Assembly (NCBI GenBank): GCA_002499195.1
Contig: DAKS01000022.1
Span: 2,097 to 66,096, forward strand
Length of the DNA stretch: 64,000 nucleotides
Reading direction: 5' to 3'
Source: Euryarchaeota archaeon UBA443
GTDB taxonomy: Archaea; Thermoplasmatota; Poseidoniia; Poseidoniales; Poseidoniaceae
The translations under genes were made by a program, and so were the position numbers. Within the stretch, counting starts at the first letter, position 1. Each line of letters begins with the position of its first letter. Below the pieces are notes generated by a model that was not told where the DNA came from, ran no database searches, and worked only from the letters and a program-made list of their open reading frames with translations. This document shows, piece by piece, positions 36,264 to 46,900 of the stretch.

Positions 36264-37664
36264 TCATGGCGTTACTCGATGTCGGTCACGTGGGAATAAG
36301 ACGGTTTCACGAACATTTCGAGAACCGGTCAAGACCATGAGAAGACGTGCTACACCAAGTCCCCATCCAGCGTGTGGTGGTGCTCCAAAGCGGAATCCGT
36401 CGGTGTAGAATGAGAAATCTTCAGGGTTGAGTCCCTTACTTCGAAGGTTTTCTTCCAATACGTCGACATTGTGTTCACGTTGTCCGCCACTAGTCATCTC
36501 ATCGCGGCCATAATTGAGATCAAACCCACGGCTAAGTTGCTCACCAGTAGCACCATTCTCTCCAGGTACGTGATGGATGTAGAACGGTTTCATTTCCATT
36601 GGCCATCGTGGCAAGAAATGGAATCCAGGATACTTGGCTGCGATGATGTCACAATGCGAAGAATCGATATCATCTCCCCACTTGATATCCTCACCTGCAT
36701 CTTGAACCATTTGAATTGCTTCACAATAGTCGATTCTAGGGAATGGAACACTAGGCACGTCAACTGAAATCGGTTCCAATTCCTGCGTTTGGCGATATTC
36801 GTTGATGGTATCGATTTGTTCCTGATCGTGTTCAGCTACCGATTTCCAGATGTGATGAATCATACGTTCCTGTACACCCATAACATCCTCATCAGTCATC
36901 CATGCTGCTTCGATATCAAAGGAGATGAATTCATTCAAATGTCGGTATGTATCGTGATTCTCAGCACGGAAAGCAGGCCCAATTTCGAATACACGCTCCA
37001 TACCACCAAGAATAGCAAGTTGCTTGTATAATTGTGGACTTTGGGAGAGGAAGGCAGGTGTATCGAAGTACATCATTGGAAAGAGATTGGTTCCTCCTTC
37101 CGATGCTGAAGCAATAATCTTCGGTGTATTAATCTCTTTGAATCCTTCAGTGATGAGGTGTTCACGTCCGTATTGTAGAACGCGTGCACGCAAGGTGAAC
37201 ATGGCGTTGACATGAGCGCGACGAAGGTCGAGGAATCGATTGTCAAGACGCGTGTCGAGACCGATTGAAACAGTGTCTGTAATCCCCAAAGGTAGAGGAA
37301 CATTTGCCCGCGTCAGGACGTTAACACCACTTGCAACGATTTCGTAAGCAGGCGGAGGAGGAGTCTCACCTTCCTTTACTTTCGGAGGTCGCTTTTCAGC
37401 AACCGTTCCTGTGAACTGAAGTGTCGACTCTCGGGTCATTCTCTGAACAAGATCAAGATTCTCTTCACCAATGTTATCGCCTTTGAGGAATACTTGGAGT
37501 TGACCAGTACCGTCACGGAGATCAACAAAACATATGGCGCCTTTACCGCGGTTTGCTTCCATAAATCCGCAAACGGTGACCTCCGTTCCAACAAGGTCTG
37601 CACCTTTGCCTTGAATTTCGCCTAAGGTATGCGTTCGATATGCCGTAGGGTACCAGTCAGCCAT
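36264..37664 (-). CDS. aspS: aspartyl-tRNA synthetase, archaeal type
   Basis: Class IIb: OB-fold N-terminus VTVCGFMEANRGKGAICFVDLRDGTGQLQV, LSQSPQLYKQ, motif 2 FRAENHDTYRHLNEF, motif 3 GWGLGVARLLM. Confidence 0.85.
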   Translation of the reverse strand: MADWYPTAYRTHTLGEIQGKGADLVGTEVTVCGFMEANRGKGAICFVDLRDGTGQLQVFLKGDNIGEENLDLVQRMTRESTLQFTGTVAEKRPPKVKEGETPPPPAYEIVASGVNVLTRANVPLPLGITDTVSIGLDTRLDNRFLDLRRAHVNAMFTLRARVLQYGREHLITEGFKEINTPKIIASASEGGTNLFPMMYFDTPAFLSQSPQLYKQLAILGGMERVFEIGPAFRAENHDTYRHLNEFISFDIEAAWMTDEDVMGVQERMIHHIWKSVAEHDQEQIDTINEYRQTQELEPISVDVPSVPFPRIDYCEAIQMVQDAGEDIKWGDDIDSSHCDIIAAKYPGFHFLPRWPMEMKPFYIHHVPGENGATGEQLSRGFDLNYGRDEMTSGGQREHNVDVLEENLRSKGLNPEDFSFYTDGFRFGAPPHAGWGLGVARLLMVLTGSRNVRETVLFPRDRHRVTP

Positions 37665-37762
37665 GTCAATTCCTGCGTGATGTTCCTAAAATAGCAATCG
37701 CCAGAATCAATACCTTTCAAAAAAACCAAACCTTTGATAATGTGAATCCAAACGGTTGATGT

Positions 37763-39007
37763 ATGACACAATGGATGTTCAGCTCTGAATCAGTAACCGC
37801 TGGCCATCCAGACAAGGTCTGTGATGCCGTATCCGATGCTATCGTCGATGCCTGTTTGGCTCTTGATCCAAACGCCCGTGTCGCTGTCGAAACCTGCATC
37901 AAAGGTATGCCGGATAAGAGTTTCATCATTCTTGCTGGCGAGGTTTCCCTTGAAGGAGAAACTCCGGATTATGCATCCATCGCTCGAAAGGCTGCAGCAG
38001 ATATTGGATACATCTCTCACGACATTGGTATGGATGCTACGGATGAATCACTCTGCGACGTCTTGGTTTACGTTACCACACAATCCACATTCATCAATCA
38101 AGGTGTAGACCGCGATAATATTGACTCTCAAGGAGCAGGTGATCAAGGACTCATGTTTGGTTATGCATGCGATGAAACGGAGGCATATGATGATCTTAAA
38201 GGCCGGTTTTTCCCACTAGCTGCAGCGCTTTCTCAACGTCTTTCTCGTCGATTGAAGTCGGTTCGGGAAGACAACATTCTTCCTTGGGCTCGACCGGATG
38301 GAAAGACTCAGGTTACCGTTGCATACAATGAGGATGGTTCAATCATAGGTGTTGATACGGTAATCATTGCAATTCAACACGATAAGCACTTGAAGGATCA
38401 ATTTGGAGGTTCGATAGAAGCCGAACTTGCACACATTCGTGAAGCGATTACTCAGCATGTTATCGAAACATCAATTCCTCAAGAATTGCTACTGCCGGGA
38501 TACAAATTGGTTGTGAATGGAACGGGCCGATTTGCAGATCCAGGAGGCCCTTATGCTGATGCAGGACTAACGGGCCGAAAAATCATCGTTGACACCTATG
38601 GTGGAATGGGCCGCCACGGTGGAGGCGCTTTCAGTGGAAAGGACCCTTCTAAGGTGGACCGTAGTGCAGCCTATGCTGCTCGATGGGCTGCAAAACACGT
38701 TGTTGCAGCAGGTCTTGCAACCAAGTTTGAGATTCAACTCGCCTATGTAATCGGTGTGGCAGAACCTGTTAGTTTGATGGTCGAATCTTTTGGAACCGGA
38801 ATCGTTTCGGATGAAATACTTGCAAAGCGTGTTGAAAAAACATTTGATTTCCGTCCAGCTGCGATTGCACGAGATCTTGATCTTCTTCGCCCAATTTACA
38901 AGCAAACCTCCTCAGGTGGCCACTTTGGAAGAGTGCCTACCGATGAAGGTCATTTCCCTTGGGAGAGAATCGATTCGGCTCGCATCGAAAACTTGCTACA
39001 ATCGTAA
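37763..39007 (+). CDS. metK: S-adenosylmethionine synthetase, bacterial/eukaryotic MetK type
   Basis: Motifs: FSSESVTAGHPDKVCDAVSDAIVDA, GAGDQGLMFGYA, DTYGGMGRHGGGAFSGKDPSKVDRSAAY. Confidence 0.92.
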   Translation: MTQWMFSSESVTAGHPDKVCDAVSDAIVDACLALDPNARVAVETCIKGMPDKSFIILAGEVSLEGETPDYASIARKAAADIGYISHDIGMDATDESLCDVLVYVTTQSTFINQGVDRDNIDSQGAGDQGLMFGYACDETEAYDDLKGRFFPLAAALSQRLSRRLKSVREDNILPWARPDGKTQVTVAYNEDGSIIGVDTVIIAIQHDKHLKDQFGGSIEAELAHIREAITQHVIETSIPQELLLPGYKLVVNGTGRFADPGGPYADAGLTGRKIIVDTYGGMGRHGGGAFSGKDPSKVDRSAAYAARWAAKHVVAAGLATKFEIQLAYVIGVAEPVSLMVESFGTGIVSDEILAKRVEKTFDFRPAAIARDLDLLRPIYKQTSSGGHFGRVPTDEGHFPWERIDSARIENLLQS

Positions 39008-39068
39008 ACTTTCAACCTTTGAAGCCGATTCGCTCAAGTGCTGATAACATCTCGCAGGCATTGGTCCC

Positions 39069-42000
39069 ATGTCGAAACTCTCCATTCGTGCGTTCGTTTT
39101 GGTTGGAATGATGCTGCTTGCAAGCGCATCGCCTCTTACACAATTTTCCAAAGCAGACCCAGAAATTGAGTTGCAGGTTGACATGAGTCATATGATTCTT
39201 GTACCGGGTGAATCGATGAATTTGACCTTGACCATCGAGAACAATGGATCTTCGATTGAAACCTATGATGTTGAAACAACAACCGATGGTCTCTCGTTAT
39301 TGTGGACTGCAACACCAACGTCCAATTCCGTATCAAACGTGTTGCCGACATACAATGCGACCACGACCATCGCGGTCCAACTTGCTGAAACTGCGACTCC
39401 GAGCGACAATGGTAAGTTCACTATCATAGTCAACGAGAGCGATGGCGTCGCTTCAACATCTATCGATGTGTATGTCAGTGTTGCCGTTGTTTACAATCCT
39501 CATCTGGATGCAACCGGCATCGGCGATCAAGGTCTATTGGCTATCCAGCCAGGGCAATCCGTCGATTTGTCGATTCCGGTAAGCAATCATGGCTCGGTCA
39601 TGGATTCTTATCTGCTCGAAGTTGGTGAAGAGCCCGACCTAACGGGATGGTGGGCAAACTATTCTTCAAGCGGCTCATCGAATACGTCGAACACCGCTCC
39701 TTCATGGTCCGCATCTGTGAGTGATGTCCTCACATTTGGGAATTCCTATACGTCTGCAAATGGTCTTTCATCCATGCTTGAGGAACTTCTTCGAAGCGCA
39801 AACAGTCCAAGCAATACGTCGGACTTTACCGGCGGCGGTTCGACGATTGCAAATCACTGGGACGATGTCAACACATCTGGAAGTGCTCAAAACCTGTCAC
39901 TTGCATCGGGTGTTTGGGACACGGTTGTTGTTCAAGATCAATCTCAGATTCCGGGTTTCTTGAGGACCCACTCCGACTGGCTTGCAAGCAAAAATGGTAG
40001 TATCGATCTTGCAGAACGAATCGATACAGAAGGCGCTGCGATGATGTTGATGATGACATGGGGGCGACGCAGCGGGGATGCAATGAATCCAACCCTATAC
40101 CCCAATTACACCGTTATGCAAGATAGACTTGAACAAGGTTACATCGATTATCGAGACAATATTTCACTTTCCACTTCAGCTGAAATTTACATCGCTCCAG
40201 TCGGCCTTGCCTTCAAGCACATTCATGATTCAATCGTCGCTTCTGGCGGTAATCCTCAGTCACCAACATCGACTTTCTATGGTCTCTACAGTACGGATGG
40301 TAGTCATCCTTCCACATCTGGTTCTTATCTCACTGCTTGTGTGTTATTTGCAGCATTGACCGGTGATTCTCCTGTTGGATTGACAGATAATACGACCATG
40401 GATGCAACACTTCGTCTAACGCTTCAACAGGCTGCTGCTGAGGTTGTTTTCAATGGTTCTTCGACGTATGATTATCCATGGGAGGCATCGGGTACAATCC
40501 AAGCGATGAATCAACATTCCAGTTTCCCTGCAGGATGGGAAGTCCGCTGGTTGGATGACCAAATTGAGAATCTTAGTGCAAACGGCCAGGAGACTGCAAC
40601 CTTGCGAGTATCGATTCCTTCGGATGCAAGTCCAGGGGCGACCGGTGTTCGTCTCTATGCAGGGTCGTTGTTTGGGAACCTAACGACTTCAACTTTGATG
40701 GTGATAGATGTCCAAGCCAATTATGATTTACAGGTTGATTTCCTCAATGGTGATGATGAATTCATACCTGGCCAACAAACCAATACATCGATTCGATTAA
40801 CCAATATTGGAACCACTTCAACAACCTACGATTATGCTCTATCTGTATTGTCTGGCCCGTGTACGGCTGCACTTTTGACGTACTCTTCAACGATCGATGT
40901 TGACGCTTCCGAAGACTTGCCTTTCCAAGTTGATGTTGGATCTATTGCAGATGTAGGTGATGTTTGTTCGCTTCGACTCACCTCGACGCTTGCTTCAGAT
41001 TCTGGTATTTCCTTTGTCCGTGATTTTTCGTTTGAAGTCGACCGAGAAATTGCTTTTGTTCTTCAAGGTCCAAATGGCCCAACTGTGATCGATCCTGTAA
41101 TTGAATCAACAATTGAAGTTAGAGTATTCAATACTGGTACTGAAACAGAGACATTTTCATTACAGGTCAACAGTAATGCCTCTTCTCCTGTTTCACTCCT
41201 ACTTGATAGCCCCTCATCTGTTTCTGTTGCTGCTGACGCTTCAGCGGTTTGGACTTTGAAAGTGACAGCAGCAGAAGGCTCCCTTGGCATCTATGAACGA
41301 CTTGTAACCGTTACACATGATTCTCTACTCGATCAAAACTTAACCTTGGAATTCGATGTTCAGACACTTGCAAACCTGAACCTACAAGGTCCGCTCGACG
41401 GTCGAATCGTTGTTCAGTCTGGAGGAGAATCCTCTGTTACAATCCTCATCGAAAACGACGGTACATCTGATCTTCTTCTCGATACGTTCACGATTGCAGG
41501 ATTACCCGGAGGAGTCAACGCAGTGCTGCCTGATGTCAATCAATTCCTTCTTGAAGCAGGAGCAACACACAACGTTTCGCTCAATGTAAGTGCATCAGCA
41601 GCCACAAGTGCACGGACCGATTCGCTATCACTTCGTTTGTTCTCGGATGGTGCTGAGGCTCTCCTCGCTATTGAATTGCAAGTCGTTGATAGAACACTAG
41701 CTCAACTTAGTCCGAATACGAATCAAATAATCGCTGGACCTTCTGCTTCGACCAATGTCACTATCGAAGTCACAAATATTGGGACATTACAAGATACGTT
41801 CCTTCTTTCAATCGGTGCTGGTGAGACTTCGAATTATTTCGAACTCTCATTGTCGAAAACATCGGTGAACTTGGGAATTGGTCAATCAGAAACCGTAGTA
41901 TTGAGTGTAAGAGAAACCTCTACAGGAGCCAATGCAAATGGATTGCCGATCAATATTGTTGCCACTTCCACACTCGATTCAGCATCGACGGATGTTGCAC

Positions 42001-43052
42001 TACTAACACTAATTCCAATGACTGCAAGTTCTGATTTGACCGTATTTGCTGATGATTCAACCGCAGAGGCATCGGGCACCATTGAAGGGACGTTGATAGT
42101 TACCAATACTGGAAATAGTGTCGATGTATTTTCCCTTTCATCAGTAGGCCTTGATTGTGAACTTGAGTCTTCAGTTCTGCTTCAACCAGGTGCATCTACT
42201 CTGGAGGTTCCTTGGACTTGTGAAATTCCATCCGATGCCCTTGCGGGAACTAATGCATTCAGCTTTAGGGCAGTATCAAGCGCTCGTTCCGATGCAATCC
42301 AAAACGAAGTTGTGGTCTACACAATCGATGCCACATGGGACACAAACTCGGTCGTGGCAATAACGGTTGATAATGATGATTTGACAATTCCATATCTCGG
42401 TGGCTCGTCGATCACTGTTACTGTGACCAATCTCGCAAACATAGCCATTTCCGGAAAACTCACCATGGTAGGTGTAGGTGACGGAGTCTTTGACATTCGT
42501 TGGAACAACACCTTGGGCGAAGTGACCGATGCCTTTGCTCTCGAACCGGGTGCTTCTGAGATTTTTGTTGTCCGCTTTAATGCTTTAACGACTGACGAAA
42601 CTAATGCCGATCTACGTGTGCGTGCACTTGTTCAAGTCGATAGTAGCAGTATTGACGCCGAATCCGATCCTATTGAGATAACTGTTGAAGGAGAACCTCA
42701 ACCGCCCCAAGGTGTGACGTTGCTCGGTATTGAACTTGGTAAGGGCACAACCTTGCAAGTAATGGCCGTTGGCTACATTTTGTTCGCACTAGCAGTAATG
42801 GTTATTCGACTCAGAAAACCAAGAACACCGACAACGGAGCCCGATGAAGAATCCGAAGAGGAGGAAGATGACAAACAGTATGCGCTTGGTCCAAACGAAT
42901 GTCGGATGGACACAAATCGTCGAATATCATGTCCATCTTGTGAAGCACGATTGGCAGTTCCAGGAGGCAATGAACCCCCGTTCCGTTTCACCTGTCCAAC
43001 ATGCGACTCGAGCATTCGAGTTGTAGAGTATGGTTCTTCACCTAAGTTCTGA
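39069..43052 (+). CDS. large surface protein: signal, CARDB/NEW3-like beta-sandwich repeats with an inserted SGNH/DUF4886-like domain, TM anchor, cytoplasmic zinc ribbon
   Basis: Signal FVLVGMMLLASASP. Repeats of the form ...ESMNLTLTIENNGSSIETYDV.... Insert at 39721..40365: VLTFGNSYTSANGL...YGLYSTDGSHPSTSGSYLTACVLFAALTG. TM VMAVGYILFALAVMVI, then RKPR, EESEEEEDD and CPSC...CPTC (42930..43004). Confidence 0.8.
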   Translation: MSKLSIRAFVLVGMMLLASASPLTQFSKADPEIELQVDMSHMILVPGESMNLTLTIENNGSSIETYDVETTTDGLSLLWTATPTSNSVSNVLPTYNATTTIAVQLAETATPSDNGKFTIIVNESDGVASTSIDVYVSVAVVYNPHLDATGIGDQGLLAIQPGQSVDLSIPVSNHGSVMDSYLLEVGEEPDLTGWWANYSSSGSSNTSNTAPSWSASVSDVLTFGNSYTSANGLSSMLEELLRSANSPSNTSDFTGGGSTIANHWDDVNTSGSAQNLSLASGVWDTVVVQDQSQIPGFLRTHSDWLASKNGSIDLAERIDTEGAAMMLMMTWGRRSGDAMNPTLYPNYTVMQDRLEQGYIDYRDNISLSTSAEIYIAPVGLAFKHIHDSIVASGGNPQSPTSTFYGLYSTDGSHPSTSGSYLTACVLFAALTGDSPVGLTDNTTMDATLRLTLQQAAAEVVFNGSSTYDYPWEASGTIQAMNQHSSFPAGWEVRWLDDQIENLSANGQETATLRVSIPSDASPGATGVRLYAGSLFGNLTTSTLMVIDVQANYDLQVDFLNGDDEFIPGQQTNTSIRLTNIGTTSTTYDYALSVLSGPCTAALLTYSSTIDVDASEDLPFQVDVGSIADVGDVCSLRLTSTLASDSGISFVRDFSFEVDREIAFVLQGPNGPTVIDPVIESTIEVRVFNTGTETETFSLQVNSNASSPVSLLLDSPSSVSVAADASAVWTLKVTAAEGSLGIYERLVTVTHDSLLDQNLTLEFDVQTLANLNLQGPLDGRIVVQSGGESSVTILIENDGTSDLLLDTFTIAGLPGGVNAVLPDVNQFLLEAGATHNVSLNVSASAATSARTDSLSLRLFSDGAEALLAIELQVVDRTLAQLSPNTNQIIAGPSASTNVTIEVTNIGTLQDTFLLSIGAGETSNYFELSLSKTSVNLGIGQSETVVLSVRETSTGANANGLPINIVATSTLDSASTDVALLTLIPMTASSDLTVFADDSTAEASGTIEGTLIVTNTGNSVDVFSLSSVGLDCELESSVLLQPGASTLEVPWTCEIPSDALAGTNAFSFRAVSSARSDAIQNEVVVYTIDATWDTNSVVAITVDNDDLTIPYLGGSSITVTVTNLANIAISGKLTMVGVGDGVFDIRWNNTLGEVTDAFALEPGASEIFVVRFNALTTDETNADLRVRALVQVDSSSIDAESDPIEITVEGEPQPPQGVTLLGIELGKGTTLQVMAVGYILFALAVMVIRLRKPRTPTTEPDEESEEEEDDKQYALGPNECRMDTNRRISCPSCEARLAVPGGNEPPFRFTCPTCDSSIRVVEYGSSPKF

Positions 43053-43841
43053 TCAGTTCTTGCGTTGAGCGATCAAGAGAAATGCCGTATGGCCGAAAGG
43101 TCCGTTGACTGGGCGAACTCCGCCTTTGCTTGCCTTGCCCCATTCACGTTCAATGACTTCGCCCGCCCATTCGACTTCAAGACCAGATTCTTCACATGCA
43201 ATCCATGCTTGTTCAAGTTGACTTGAGACGGGGCAATAGCACGAAAGGCGTGCACCAATCTTGAGGAGATGGGCTACGGATTTTATCGCAGTAGTATGTT
43301 CTGGAAGGTCGAGTAGAATAGCATCGAATTCTTTCGAAATAGATTCGATCTCTTCAATAGAAGATTCGATCATTCCATGAACATGGGAATGCTTAGGAAA
43401 TTCTGTAATCGCTCGAGCAAGTGTTTCAAGATTCTCAAGACCGACCTTAGAATGCTCTTCTCGAGGCTCGACTGTAATCAGATGTCCTGATGCACCCATG
43501 ATTCGAGCAAGGTGCATGGATTGGCCAGCAGAACCTAATCCTGCTTCAAGAACAACATCTCCTGGACCAATTCCAAGACGGGTGATGAAAACTCCAGCAT
43601 CTTTTGAGCCAATGGTTTGAGCTCTACGCTTCATGCCTTGAATCAATTCAGGTAAACGCGGAGGTAAGTGCGTGAATATTTTCGAACCGATTTGAACTTC
43701 TTGTCCATATTCAATTCCATCGATTGTTGTTTTAGGATTAAAGACTCCAATCCCCTTAATCTTCACACTTTCATCGATAATCTCGACGACATGCACACGG
43801 CCGTTTTCTTCGACTAAGGCGGTGATTGAAGGGTCTGACAT
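43053..43841 (-). CDS. trmI: tRNA (adenine-N1)-methyltransferase, TrmI/GCD14 family
   Basis: SAM-binding block GDVVLEAGLGSAGQSMHLAR, GHLITVEPREEH, DAILLDLPE. An N-terminal beta domain precedes the Rossmann fold. Confidence 0.65.
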   Translation of the reverse strand: MSDPSITALVEENGRVHVVEIIDESVKIKGIGVFNPKTTIDGIEYGQEVQIGSKIFTHLPPRLPELIQGMKRRAQTIGSKDAGVFITRLGIGPGDVVLEAGLGSAGQSMHLARIMGASGHLITVEPREEHSKVGLENLETLARAITEFPKHSHVHGMIESSIEEIESISKEFDAILLDLPEHTTAIKSVAHLLKIGARLSCYCPVSSQLEQAWIACEESGLEVEWAGEVIEREWGKASKGGVRPVNGPFGHTAFLLIAQRKN

Positions 43842-43937
43842 GGTCTTTGGGAAGATATCTTAGCCATCAGGCTTTTCCAAAAAAATTTAGAAATTACAAT
43901 AATATAAAAAAAGACGAGAACAGACTACCATTATATA

Positions 43938-46900
43938 ATGAGTGGTAGTGCGTATATTATGCAAATTAGTACGCGTACAATGGCTTTCACAATAATCGTT
44001 GTTTTTGTTGGAAGTTTAATGGCGGGTTTTACCTCCGATTACAATGGCATTGAGCCAGAGATTTTGGAAGAAGAAACCGTTGTACAGAATCCCTCTCAGG
44101 CAACGAGCCCGGGTCACGTTGTGTTCGGGCAATACATCTCGTCTGACAACTGTGGTCACTGTTCAAAGACAGGTGGCGGCTCAGATGCACATCATTCTAT
44201 CAAGCAAAACCATCCTGATGAATACGTCTACGTCACTTACATGTCAGCGTCTTACGGAGATACGGACACGGCACGTGCTGGAAACGTCGCACCTTACAAT
44301 TGGGCATGGTCCACGGGTGGTGCGCCAGATGCCTACTTCGGTGATAGAACTGACAAAAATCAAGGTGGTGCAAACAGCCAATACACTACATACGACACCT
44401 TATTCTCGAGCGGTGGCGGTATGCACAGCTCAGTCAATGACTATGGTATGACCGCTGCGATCAGCCAATCTGGATCCAGCTACAACATCGATATCACCTA
44501 CAGATACACAGGTTCTGGAAGTGCTGCAGGGAACATGAAACTCTATGCTGCATTGGTCGACAAGGATTGCACAGGATACTCTTACACCTCTGGAATCCCT
44601 CACGGATACAATTGCTGGATGGCTTGGTTGACTTCTGGAGATACTTACAAATCAAAGAGTTCCGGTACTGGTAGTTCCTTCATAAGCGTTGCACCAACTG
44701 CAACATCGCAAACAGAATCTTGGTCGAGTGTACCATCCTCTGTTGTACCAGGTGGACTGAGTAAGGCCATTGTTATCGGTGTTCTGATGACAGGCAACCA
44801 AGTGTCTGCTGGAGGCACAAGCCCTCACGTATACCACGCCATCGATTCAACAATGGGGCCAAAGATGGACCTTTCCATCCCAAGTTTCACCGCTACAAGC
44901 CCTGCGGGCGCTTCCTACATGCGAGGCGATACCGTTACACTCGATGCAACCGTTGCCAATAGCGGTGACCTCGAATACAATAGCGGAGGTTTGGTCAAGT
45001 TTTACTATGTCTTGAATGGAAACAAGAACTACATCGGTCAAGGAACCTCAATTGGCACAATGGCGACGACTGGTTCAACAAGCAGTATGACTGCACAGGA
45101 AACCTTCGATACCAGTGTCTTACCAGCAAATGGTTGGAAAACCGTGTTTGGTGTGGAGCTCTCGACCACTGGTGAGAGCGTAACTTCAAACAACCAAGCC
45201 ACAACTGATCTTGATCACGACCGCCCTCCAACATCAAAAACACCTCAGGTCATTGGTACGACTGATATCAATCGCGGTGAATACTTCTCTGTCCTTGCCA
45301 AAGGTGATGCTGATGACAACGTCGACAGCATTGACACAATGACGTTTGATGTGGAAATTTCCCCAGCAGGAGCCAATCAATGGTCCGGCGATATTGTGAC
45401 AGGCGGCCAGAACATACTGTATTTGGGGTCCGCTAACGAAGGTCGTGAGTACTCACTCTTGCCAACTCTCGATATGCCAGCTGGAGAATATGACCTACGT
45501 ACTCGAGCGGTAGATGCTCGGGGTCAGACCTCAGGTTGGTCTTACACTTACGACGCCTTTGATTTGATGAATGCACCTCCATCTATCACACCAAATCAGG
45601 TTAGCCCTGTTCCATGTGATGTCTCTACTAAGGTCGATATGACTGGTATCATTACCGATCCTGAGACACCTCTCTCAGATTTGACCATTACAAGCAGTGA
45701 TGCTGCATTCGTAGGATGGCATCCAACGACGACAGAGGTTGAAGTTTTCTTTGCATGGGACTCGGTCCAAGGATGCTCCTTGGGTCAACAAGGAATTGAA
45801 ATCTCCATGGACGATGGTGGCGATTATTCAGCTCAAGGCGAGCTTCCATATGGGACGATTCTTTTCAACGTTCTAGAGAATGGACAGCCACGCTGGCAGG
45901 CCTTGCCAACCCAGATTGTCGATGAGGCCTCAATGGGAACATTGAGTCTTCTACCATTCTTATCCGATACAGATGATGAAGGTAATTATGTTTCAGCAGA
46001 AGATCTAGCTCTCGAAATCGTTCAAATGTCGACCAATGATGTTTTTGACGTCACACTCGATGGAACAAACATTGTATTTTACACAGTGGATGATGATGTT
46101 AATGGTGAAGTTGTCGTAACAATCCGGGCGAGTGATGGAGAACAATACGCGGACCAGACTCTTCTTGCTAAGGTCAATCCAATCAATGATGCTCCTCGTT
46201 TGGACCTCACCGGAATTGAGGATAAACCTCTCAAGTTGGGTACACAGCGTGTAATCAACCTCATGGCACTGTTGACCGATGTTGATGATCCATCCAATGA
46301 AGCCTTCATCACCGTATCTTCTGATGAACAAGGTGCAGCAAAGTACAACCCAATCGATGGTACGATGACACTGAACTTCCAGACCTCTGGCCTCCATACC
46401 GTTACGATGAACACAATTGATCGATACGATAGTAACACCTACACGATTTCCATAGATGTGTTTGATTCCTATCCATTGTACATCACAAAGGTCGATGATG
46501 GCAGTGGCCATTTCTATGTTGAAATGGAGGACACCTATATCGATCAAATTCCAACAGCGAATATTTTCCTAACCGATTCAGCTCCAACGTTCAAAAGCAT
46601 TGAAACCACTTGGAATATTTGTAATGATGAAACAGGAACCTGTGATGGTCTCTACGAAGAGAATCTTGACATCACTCGTTCAATGGTTGGATGGTCGACT
46701 GAGTTGAACATCCCTTCCATATTCATGCCAGGTGAAATGGCTCGTCCGTCTGGTTCAGTGTACAAAGACTACTACCAATTGACCATCAAAGCAGTTGATA
46801 CAAATGATGATGATTACAAAACCATTGCAGGTGTTAAGTGGAATATTCTAGAAGAGCTCCCAATACCTGCGGATATGGATGAAGAATTGCTTGCTTCACA

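Noticed and set aside
43899-43938. Two TATA-like boxes (AATAATATAAAAA at about 43899..43911 and TTATATAA at 43931..43938) upstream of the 1165-aa surface gene
   Set aside because: They are not rejected as promoter elements, but I could not decide which one is used, nor whether the start codon is 43938 or 43959. They are therefore not listed as a feature.
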